Shown one piece after another: positions 9,510 through 17,552 of a stretch of 45,114 nucleotides of DNA. The notes under the pieces were generated by a model. It was not told the origin of the DNA, ran no database searches, and worked only from the letters and a program-made list of their open reading frames with translations. The position numbers were made by a program, and so were the translations under genes. The first letter of the stretch is position 1; each line of letters starts with the position of its first letter. Where the stretch lies: assembly GCA_049599475.1 (NCBI GenBank), contig JBMYOQ010000032.1, positions 1 to 45,114 of the forward strand, given 5' to 3'. This DNA comes from Opitutales bacterium. GTDB lineage: Bacteria > Verrucomicrobiota > Verrucomicrobiia > Opitutales > JABSRG01.

Positions 9510-12500
9510 TTATCTCCTACCTATTTTTCCGACCAGCACTCCATCCTGGTAAACGTATGTACGGTGACATGCTGATCCTCGGACACTGTCCGGTTTTATG
9601 AGGACAAAATCGTATGTGCCTTCGTCAGAAAAATCAGACAATGCAATCTCTCGAACCCGCGTTCCATCGGCAAAAGTAACTCCCGCTTTGAAGATATCAA
9701 CCCTGACCACTGCATCTGCCGGGAAATCGGGAGAAATATAAAGAGTACTGGTAACCGAATGGGTCCCATCACCTAAATCATATTGGTTTAAATAACCTTC
9801 AACCGCTTCGACCACCCACAGTGAATTCATATCCACTGATGCAATAGGCGAACCATCGGGGAGTCGCGCTGTCAATGTATTGCCAGGAAACTCATTACTC
9901 GCACCAATTTCAAAACTCATATAATTCTCTCCACTAGAAGTAACCTCGGCAAGCGCTTGGCCTGCACTGACAGATATGGGGCTAGATATATTTTCCCACG
10001 ACCAATTCCTTTGCTGCTCAAGCCAAACATTGGGCGTCCGACTGACATCGGGAATATCCACTACATCTACTGAAATTAGCCGTGAATCCGTTTCACCTCC
10101 AGAATACGTAATATCCGCCGTGAGACTAAATCTGCCAGCTTCGGAGAATGTGTGAATTATCTCATCGCTTTCAGACAGCCCACTGTAAACCGAAGTATCT
10201 ATGGTTACTTGTCCGCTAGATCCTAAAAGGTCTGAGACCCTAAATTTGAGCTGTGACCCCACAGTGAGTGTCATTTCCTCCGGTCCATCGTCGGCAAACA
10301 GAACAATAGGTTCCCACGACACATCGATATTCTGCGCCAGGCCGCCATTTTGGTAATTTAGAGCAAAAGTCGTATTTGGTTCTGATAGCGCCACGCGAGC
10401 ATACCACTGGCTCTCCTCACTCCTCTTCAAGGTAGCGCCATTTGAGATGGTCATCATGCCTGGAAAGCGTGAGTAGCCTTCGAGCGAAACATGGGAAACA
10501 TGAGTAACAATATTATGCTCAAATGCACCTTCCTGAGCGTTCAAAACCGCGAGTTCCCAATCATCACGAAGGGCCGAACTTGCAAAATCTGGAGATTCTA
10601 CCCTTACATAATCAACCAGGATCGATCTCCCTCTGAATACATTATCCCATCGTAGATTGATAGTATGATTTCCCTCATTCAGGTATGGTGTCAGAAGCAC
10701 CTGATCCTGTGAGAATTCACCCTCCGCGATTTGCACATTATCAAGGTAATGTCCGTCGATCTTCGCCACAAAGAAAACTGGCATCCCAAGAGTCAACGAA
10801 GTCTCCAACCTTCGTCCGACCTTGTAGTGAATTTCATAAATACCCGGAACCGATACATTGAAATCAAAGGCCAATTCTCCATTGAGCGATGAGGAGTAGA
10901 TAGAATCACCACTAGTAACCCAGTCGCCCGCAACTGGAGTGGCTTCTCGACCGTTTATAGCAAGAATAGTCGACGTTGAAGTATACTCAGACACCAGCGG
11001 ATCCGACCCACGCACAAGAATTTCCTCTCCGTCGCTAACACCATCTCCATCCGTGTCTGCAAGGAGAGGGTTTGTAAGGTAAATCGTTGATTCATCCGTA
11101 TCGGAAAGACCGTCGAAATCAGTGTCTTGGAAATAATCTAAAAGTTGGACATCTGCCGAGACATAAATTTTGTCACCATCGGCAGAACTGAGATAAAAAC
11201 CAGCCACTGTATCAAACGCAAACTGGGTTGCCGATTCAGCAATAACGCTCCAAAGAATCCCGTCATCGGAGGTTTCAACTACAGTGAATACTTCTCCGCG
11301 AGATATTCTCAAATAAAGTCCCGGCAGGTAGTCTCCATAGTGCGTCGGTCCATTCTTAGAAAGATTCGCGCCCCCACTTGTTCGATCTGCTTGATAAAAT
11401 TTTTCTTTAACCCTGTAATAGCCAGCGAGCATTTTTGAGTTAGCGCCCACGTCATCACGTACCATTAGCCCAAGTTGCACATTATCTTTTTCAGTATCTA
11501 GGTCGGTTACGAGGAAAGTCATTGAATAACCACCAGAGAGCTCACGGTAAAAGAAGCTACTATCCTCGACTCCATCCCCTGCAGAAGTCAGCCGCCAAGA
11601 GTCTCCAAAAACGAATCCAAACCCTGGGTCGACACTTCGATAATCTGCGATGAGCCACGGACTCGGAAGATATCCATCTGGCGCCTCATCAGTATCCAAA
11701 GGATTCGTCTTAGCTCTAAATTCCTCAAGGTCACTAAAGCCGTCAGAGTCTGAATCGGCCAAGAGTGGATCTGTGCCAGTTTCGAACTCATCGAAATTAA
11801 GCAATCCATCCCCGTCGGCATCTAAAGCCCCATCATCTACCAACAAATCCAATCCATTTGAAAACTCCCATAAATCGTTCATTCCGTCGCTATCGGAGTC
11901 ATCATTATAAATATCACTACCGACCAGGCGTTCCTGTTCATTCAATAGACCATCGCCATCAAAATCCATGTTAGCCGGCTCTGCCGTAGAAACGGTCAAG
12001 TTATCGAAGGTCGCGGAGCTCGAGGATCCTACTTCTTGAAGAATCTCTAGGTGAGAAAAATGGACTAAATCTAGATTTATAAATGGAAGCTCCTGAGCAA
12101 TCAAAACACCGTTAACAAAGGCAGAAGCAGTCTTCTCTAAGTAATCCAGATAGAAGGCATATGTATTCACACCAGCGGCCAAACTATCCGGAGAAAAATC
12201 CAGCCATTGGTCGGTCGCTGAATCCCAGATCGAAACGCTCGATTCCTGTTTCTTTCCGATAGCGAATGCGTGGTTTGTAGAGACTGCAGCGGGCAATTCG
12301 CCTTCTATTAGGTCAGCATCAAACGATATCCATATGCGACGCATGTCCCCCACCCCAAACAAGCGTTTCGCTTCACTCGTGATTGGTCCGACATCGTCAA
12401 CACCTAAAGTCTCATCGTTTTGAATTTCGACAACACCAGCGGAAGTCCATCCGAGTTGACCATTTAATGGACCTTCCACATAGCCCTCGGCCAATGAGAA

Positions 12501-14159
12501 TTCCGTGCTCCAAGAATAAACACCTTCACCCTCCGGAGCCAATTGCACAGCGGACACATCGGCATTCAACGGATCTAATCCCCACTGGACTTCCGTGAAA
12601 TCTCCAATGCCATCGTTATCTGTATCGAAAATTAAAGGATTTGTGCCAAGGGGTGACTCTTCTTCATTAGTTAGCCCATCGCGATCATCATCCAACCCGA
12701 ATGGCTGCGTGCTCGATACCGACAAATCATCCAAATCGGTTTCTCCATAGATTTCCATTTGTGTTAGAAACGGCTTGGTCTGGATGAATGGGATCTCGGA
12801 AAAAACACGGGCTCCATTCACATAAAAATCTGTCCATTGATTCGCGTAATCGCTCTTCAAGGTAATCCGCATCCACCCACTTGCCGCGAGCGTATCAGCC
12901 GTCTGCCAGCGGAGCCCTTCGGGTTGAGAAGGATCATACACCCTCAGCCGCCCAAGCTCATCAAAGGCATATGCAGCACTCACATCCGCATCGATAACCG
13001 CATCCACAGTCGCCGGCGACGGGATCAACCAATGATCCAACCAAATTACAGAATTTCCCGAACCTTTCAAGAAACTAAACACTTCAGACGGACCACCGAC
13101 TGACAAATGATTATCTCCCGCATAAGCACTCCCTATCTCAACCGAGACGGCGTTGCCAACCACGGTCCATGCCCCAGTGGTGGTCACTGATCCGCTTGCC
13201 CATGACTCGAACCCTTCGAACAAAGGTAATTCGTTGAAAACAAATGGATCGGCCAGAGTGGGATCTGAGGAAATAGCAATCTCAGCACTGTCGCTGATCC
13301 CATCATCGTCGGTATCGGCATTGGTGCCCAGGGTTGACAATTGATACTCCTCCAAATTTGTCAGACCGTCGAAGTCGTAGTCAAAATTCCGTTGATTAAT
13401 GCTCGTGTCCAGGCCCTGTAGACTCAGCCAGGAATCCGGCAGACCGTCGTTCGCTGTATCAGCAAAAAGAGGATTGCTTTCCCCCGAATAGAAAAAATCG
13501 AGCCCAGTCGGATCATCGGCGTCCGAACCCAATTTGAAATGATTAAAACCATCTACACCTGCATCTAAAAACCCTAAATCGGTCGCGACAAACTCTCCAT
13601 CGACATACAAGTCCCATATTTTCCCGATATAATCCAAACGGTATGTGAGCCTCATCCAAGAATCGGCCACTCGCCCATTCAAACTTATCGAATTGCCCAC
13701 TTGAACCCACTGACCGCTGCCGAGACCATCACCATCAATCACGAAGATCCAGCCTTGTCCGCTTAGGTCAACAAACCCAGTAACACTGGCTTGATACGGG
13801 GCAATTGATTCGGGCAACTCCTCCTCAGCAACAACAACCGGTTTGACGTAAAAATCATACCAGCCCACCAGAGGAGGAACGGCTGACGAAAGCTCCAGGG
13901 TAGCCAAGCCTGAACCGCTCAGGGTGAGAGATTGGGCCCCCGAGGCCGCGTCCCCAGAAACGGCAGTCGATAATGACCCCGAAAACACCCAGTCAGACAA
14001 CTCAGATTGTGATCCAGTAGAAACGCCGTCACTCAGCTCAAAGTCATTCTCGTAAGGCACCTCAACGGACCACGCGATCGTGCAAGTGATCCACAAGAGC
14101 ACGAATGCTGAGCACAGTATTCTGACAGACTTCCGCAGTCTGAGCATAGAAAACATCAT
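9510..14159 (-). CDS. Large secreted acidic multidomain protein: repeated ConA/LamG-like beta-sandwich domains alternating with DxDxDG (TSP3-like) Ca-binding repeats
   Basis: 1549-aa ORF with an N-terminal signal-like segment. Four clusters of DxDxDGLxxxxE..GTxP..xD repeats. Three related domains (WMRLTYRLDY..LYVDG; WMRITLKSDY..FYVNG; YAFYLDY..AFVNG). Fold assignments are inferred by eye. Confidence 0.85.
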   Translation of the reverse strand: MMFSMLRLRKSVRILCSAFVLLWITCTIAWSVEVPYENDFELSDGVSTGSQSELSDWVFSGSLSTAVSGDAASGAQSLTLSGSGLATLELSSAVPPLVGWYDFYVKPVVVAEEELPESIAPYQASVTGFVDLSGQGWIFVIDGDGLGSGQWVQVGNSISLNGRVADSWMRLTYRLDYIGKIWDLYVDGEFVATDLGFLDAGVDGFNHFKLGSDADDPTGLDFFYSGESNPLFADTANDGLPDSWLSLQGLDTSINQRNFDYDFDGLTNLEEYQLSTLGTNADTDDDGISDSAEIAISSDPTLADPFVFNELPLFEGFESWASGSVTTTGAWTVVGNAVSVEIGSAYAGDNHLSVGGPSEVFSFLKGSGNSVIWLDHWLIPSPATVDAVIDADVSAAYAFDELGRLRVYDPSQPEGLRWQTADTLAASGWMRITLKSDYANQWTDFYVNGARVFSEIPFIQTKPFLTQMEIYGETDLDDLSVSSTQPFGLDDDRDGLTNEEESPLGTNPLIFDTDNDGIGDFTEVQWGLDPLNADVSAVQLAPEGEGVYSWSTEFSLAEGYVEGPLNGQLGWTSAGVVEIQNDETLGVDDVGPITSEAKRLFGVGDMRRIWISFDADLIEGELPAAVSTNHAFAIGKKQESSVSIWDSATDQWLDFSPDSLAAGVNTYAFYLDYLEKTASAFVNGVLIAQELPFINLDLVHFSHLEILQEVGSSSSATFDNLTVSTAEPANMDFDGDGLLNEQERLVGSDIYNDDSDSDGMNDLWEFSNGLDLLVDDGALDADGDGLLNFDEFETGTDPLLADSDSDGFSDLEEFRAKTNPLDTDEAPDGYLPSPWLIADYRSVDPGFGFVFGDSWRLTSAGDGVEDSSFFYRELSGGYSMTFLVTDLDTEKDNVQLGLMVRDDVGANSKMLAGYYRVKEKFYQADRTSGGANLSKNGPTHYGDYLPGLYLRISRGEVFTVVETSDDGILWSVIAESATQFAFDTVAGFYLSSADGDKIYVSADVQLLDYFQDTDFDGLSDTDESTIYLTNPLLADTDGDGVSDGEEILVRGSDPLVSEYTSTSTILAINGREATPVAGDWVTSGDSIYSSSLNGELAFDFNVSVPGIYEIHYKVGRRLETSLTLGMPVFFVAKIDGHYLDNVQIAEGEFSQDQVLLTPYLNEGNHTINLRWDNVFRGRSILVDYVRVESPDFASSALRDDWELAVLNAQEGAFEHNIVTHVSHVSLEGYSRFPGMMTISNGATLKRSEESQWYARVALSEPNTTFALNYQNGGLAQNIDVSWEPIVLFADDGPEEMTLTVGSQLKFRVSDLLGSSGQVTIDTSVYSGLSESDEIIHTFSEAGRFSLTADITYSGGETDSRLISVDVVDIPDVSRTPNVWLEQQRNWSWENISSPISVSAGQALAEVTSSGENYMSFEIGASNEFPGNTLTARLPDGSPIASVDMNSLWVVEAVEGYLNQYDLGDGTHSVTSTLYISPDFPADAVVRVDIFKAGVTFADGTRVREIALSDFSDEGTYDFVLIKPDSVRGSACHRTYVYQDGVLVGKIGRR

Positions 14160-14176
14160 GGGAATTATGCCCCGGT

Positions 14177-14374
14177 TTATGAGTTTTCTGTTGCCTTCGG
14201 CTTGTTAGATGTGCCCCGGGTCTTTACACGGGAACACAAAAATACCGACGAAATTATCATCCATAGACTCACCGAGCCGAGCATAATGAGAGTGCCTTTC
14301 GAAGGCTCACTCGCGGAAAGCGGAAGCGAGGACAAGAAGAAAACTAGAGACGAGAGTGAGAGCAGTTTATTCAT
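14177..14374 (-). CDS. 65-aa membrane peptide: signal peptide followed directly by an xEP-TM-basic (PEP-CTERM-like) segment
   Basis: MNKLLSLSSLVFFLSSLPLSA|SEPSKGTLIMLGSVSLWMIISSVFLCSRVKTR. First ORF after the AT-rich intergenic region, 17 nt upstream of the 1549-aa gene. Confidence 0.55.
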   Translation of the reverse strand: MNKLLSLSSLVFFLSSLPLSASEPSKGTLIMLGSVSLWMIISSVFLCSRVKTRGTSNKPKATENS

Positions 14375-14794
14375 GTTACTAACAAATTTATAAAACCTTT
14401 TAACACGAATCGCGCCTGTTTAAAGTTTTGTAAAGAAAAAGTTTAATAACCCATTCTCGAAACTGTTCGAAAATCCCCTAAACGCCTTGTTAATAGAGTA
14501 TTATAAGATTCATATTTTTTCGAACGAAGGGGGTTTTGGGCCGTGTTTTACCGGAATAGATTTAGTCAGCATGTTCAATAATGACCCCGCGCGCTGTCTA
14601 TTTCTCTAATCCTGCTATTTAATGATAATAAAATATCAAATATTTATGATGAAATTCCTAATACAGAAATACATACTGATAAATGCTTATCACTAACAGC
14701 TTATTGAAGCGCCGACGAACAAGACGAAGCACGAATTTAGAATCTGAAAAATTTATGATTGTCCGCCTCAGCTCAAAGCTACAATTTTCAAAGC
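14375..14794. promoter_or_regulatory. AT-rich divergent promoter region with two TGATA-N6-TATCA palindromes
   Basis: Non-coding, visibly AT-rich gap between divergent genes. tgata-ataaaa-tatca at 14623-14638 and tgata-aatgct-tatca at 14677-14692. Confidence 0.5.
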
Positions 14795-15223
14795 ATGAAG
14801 TCTTCTAAACACTTTTATGTTACCCTTCTGGTTTTGGCCCTGGGTGTAAACTCTGCGCTCGCGAGATTAAATGTCTCATTAACCGATGCTAACTGGAAGG
14901 ACGGCAAGGCCTCGCTTTCTCTTGAAGCTTCGAACGCAGGAGATTCGGCAATAACGGGAGCTCGCGTTTGGATCTTCCTTATGAACGATGATGGCAAAGT
15001 TGTCGGCAATCACGCGGAGTGGATCATCGGAGGCAAGCGACCTGAAGATAATCCGAATCCGAGTCTCGACGCAGGGGAAGAATCAACCTACGAGGTATCG
15101 TTCAAAAACGAGAAACCTTTCACCCAAGCACGCGTGACCTTCTCGAAACTTCTGGGAGAAGATAAAAAGCCTCTGAATCCTCGTAAGGCCGCGAGCGTGG
15201 TCGATAAAACGAGTGAAGGATGA
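14795..15223 (+). CDS. Small secreted Ig-like protein (FxLYD-domain-like)
   Basis: ATG at 14795 gives the signal peptide MKSSKHFYVTLLVLALGVNSALA. The pattern N.G...ITGARVWIFLMNDDGKVVG...LDAGEESTYEV resembles FxLYD-family proteins. Confidence 0.7.
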   Translation: MKSSKHFYVTLLVLALGVNSALARLNVSLTDANWKDGKASLSLEASNAGDSAITGARVWIFLMNDDGKVVGNHAEWIIGGKRPEDNPNPSLDAGEESTYEVSFKNEKPFTQARVTFSKLLGEDKKPLNPRKAASVVDKTSEG

Positions 15224-15309
15224 CGTAGCGCGCGAGCGCGGAGATGGCGAAATCGCTAGGTTTTGTCCGAAGGACGCTGATGCGGGTGCCCCCTGGGCAG
15301 CTGAGGCGC

Positions 15310-15392
15310 AAGGATGAAGGATCGTGATTTTCTTTGAATGGGTTTCGCGTCAAGAGATTTAAACTGCAAAAGATAGAATTATTCTCCAGCAT
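15310..15392 (+). repeat. Dispersed intergenic repeat A, copy 1 (copy 2 at about 39262-39343)
   Basis: Both copies have aaggatgaaggat..gattttctttgaa..ggtttcgcgtcaag, a variable spacer, then agaattattctccagcat. Confidence 0.85.
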
Positions 15393-15450
15393 TAAGGTGG
15401 TGTCCCGATTTTCGTGTAAATTCCCAAGAGGCAAGGTGAGCCCCCCCGTA

Positions 15451-15540
15451 CTAAGTCCTTTCTTGGGCCTTCGATCGGCTCACTGGGACGGTTCGCCCTA
15501 TCATTTGTTTGTGAAATTAATTTTGAGAATGGGTCTAATC
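15451..15540 (-). repeat. Dispersed REP-like repeat B, copy 1 (copy 2 at 44976-45063 in the opposite orientation)
   Basis: The reverse complement gattagacccattctcaaaatta..aaacaaatgatagggcgaaccgtcccagtgagccgatcgaaggcccaagaaagg aligns with gaatagatcctttctcaaaatta..aaacaaatggttgggcgaatcttctcggtgagccgatcgaggacccagcaaagg. Confidence 0.85.
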
Positions 15541-15867
15541 GTGAGGCTTGTTGCAGCAGCCCCACTCTGCTGGGGCGCCAGCACTTAAGGAGACTCGAAT
15601 ACGCGGCTGCAGAGTGCCGCCGGCTACAAGCCTTTCGAGCATGCGTTTACGAAGTTACTTTTGAGAAACCTTATACACTACCCAATCTTGGAAAAGTTGA
15701 GCCCCTAAAGATAAAGCGAAGGCCTACAATTAATTGTGCGCATTGAGGGCTGGCGGGACGCCGTCCCCTACCATGAATCTTGGTGTTAATGTGGCATTCA
15801 TTTCCAGAAACGAACGCGTTTATGCGATTCCTCGTGAATCCCTGAAACGTGCGTCTTGCGACGGAAC

Positions 15868-17226
15868 CTAGAATGATCCGCCTGTAGTCTTGTCGGTGAG
15901 TGGGATCATTTCGCCTTTGCGGAAGAGGGTTACTTGACCGGTGCTTCCTGAGACGACTATGGAGATACAATCGCAGGCGAGTGTGATGGCCGCTGCTGCA
16001 GCGTGGCGTGAGCCCAGGCCACTGGGGAGATCGTGTGCATAATCCGGTGCATGGATGAGCGATCCAGCACTTTCGAGCACTCCGTCTCCGCGGACGACGA
16101 AGGCGCCGTCGATGGTGGAGAGCTCTTTGACCGTTTCGTCCATAAAGGGGTTGAGGACATTTCGGTCTTCATCCTTGTATCCAAAAAATGGATTCAACAC
16201 GAGCGGCTTCGTAAATGGAAGGATCGATTGAGTTTCGCCGAGGACGAATAAACATCCCACGGGTCGCCCTTCTCTACCCTCTACAGCGAGCTCTGTAGCG
16301 ATACCGATGATACGCTCGACGGTCTCGGGTCGGACGCTCGATGGTAAGACCTTGGCGTCGATTGAAAGCAGGTTTCTAAACTCGCGCTCTATATCTACGA
16401 CGACGAGCGAGTCAAACTGGTTGCTCTGAGGGAGCCCTCCGACACAGCAGAGTCGCCAGTCGGGCTGAAAAATACCGCGGGTCAGTCCGATTAGCACGGC
16501 ACTGCGCAGCTGGGCCAAGCGACTTGCCGAAAATGATCTCACTTGGAGGACGGCGTCGACATTGGTCTTTTGCACATTGACGCCGGTCCCGCCGCCTTGG
16601 GTGATCAAGACTGTTTTGAACCCGGCGAATTTACGCGAAATTTCAATACCTCCGGCAAAGGTATCGCCAAATACGAGAATGGCTGAGCATTTCGCTCCTT
16701 TCGCGATCATCTCGGCTTCTTTGAGGATCAGGCGATTAAATTTATTATCCCGATGCTCTACCTTGTGTCCCTTGCCTCCGAGCGTTTCGCGCACCGCAGA
16801 GCGGTATGGGCCGATTTCGACGGCCCCATTCAAACGCTCCATCACCTTCGGGTCCTGGAACATACGCGCCAGCGAAGCCAACACGCTCAAGTAGTTGCGC
16901 GCATTAGGATGCGCTAAGAAAAGGAAGAGGTGGCGGATCTCGGAGTATTCGCGCTGACCTCCGTGCTCCAAACCCGCAGGGCATCTTCCGACTGCCAGAA
17001 TGTAGCGTTTCTTAAGAGGCACACGTAAGTGCGGCAGCGCTACGCCTTTACCGAGATAAGTGGTCATCGTAGCCTCGCGCTTGAGTAGACCGTCCAGCAA
17101 CTCTTCTTTGCTTACATCTTCGTCATCCAGTGCAACTGTATCCAGAAGCTCGGCAAGGGCCCCCTCGAGTGTAGTGCTCGAGATATCGACAATCCGTTTC
17201 TGAGAAATATGGGTGTCGAGGCGCAT
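15868..17226 (-). CDS. Diadenylate cyclase (DisA_N/DAC, CdaZ/DacZ-like) with an N-terminal PTS EIIA-like domain
   Basis: N-terminal REATMTTYLGKGVALPHLR (EIIA fru/ntr-type phospho-His motif, His66). C-terminal EGREGRPVG, DGAFVV (16102-16110) and GLGSRHAAA DAC motifs. Confidence 0.9.
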   Translation of the reverse strand: MRLDTHISQKRIVDISSTTLEGALAELLDTVALDDEDVSKEELLDGLLKREATMTTYLGKGVALPHLRVPLKKRYILAVGRCPAGLEHGGQREYSEIRHLFLFLAHPNARNYLSVLASLARMFQDPKVMERLNGAVEIGPYRSAVRETLGGKGHKVEHRDNKFNRLILKEAEMIAKGAKCSAILVFGDTFAGGIEISRKFAGFKTVLITQGGGTGVNVQKTNVDAVLQVRSFSASRLAQLRSAVLIGLTRGIFQPDWRLCCVGGLPQSNQFDSLVVVDIEREFRNLLSIDAKVLPSSVRPETVERIIGIATELAVEGREGRPVGCLFVLGETQSILPFTKPLVLNPFFGYKDEDRNVLNPFMDETVKELSTIDGAFVVRGDGVLESAGSLIHAPDYAHDLPSGLGSRHAAAAAITLACDCISIVVSGSTGQVTLFRKGEMIPLTDKTTGGSF

Positions 17227-17552
17227 TAATTAGAGATCGGCAATAAAGTCAGTGAGGCAGGGATTTAAGATTCGTAAACGTTTCGGGAAAAACGAATAAC
17301 GGACTTTAAAGATATACGGCTGAGGTGCCTAAAAAATCAAGGGATTATCCTTAAGGAATTGTAATGTTTTCCGAACGCGCCCCAAAACGGGCTTGGGGAT
17401 GTCGGTCCAAGGGTGCTTCGTTGCGGTCGTCCGCAACTGATGCTCCTGCAAGAAATAGAGATATCTCGGCATCCCTCCTGAGGCTAAAATGCAGTCTTAG
17501 GGAGGTCGCCCGATGCGGAGTCGATTGCCTTATTCGAAGGAATCCCCCTCTC

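Noticed and set aside
55..14374. T6SS, CDI or Tc-toxin assignment for the Rhs locus
   Set aside because: No VgrG, PAAR, Hcp, TpsB, haemagglutinin repeats or TcA/SpvB motifs were recognised. Such genes could exist elsewhere in the genome.
17227..17552. c-di-AMP (ydaO) riboswitch upstream of the cyclase
   Set aside because: The conserved ydaO sequence motifs were not found on the minus strand.
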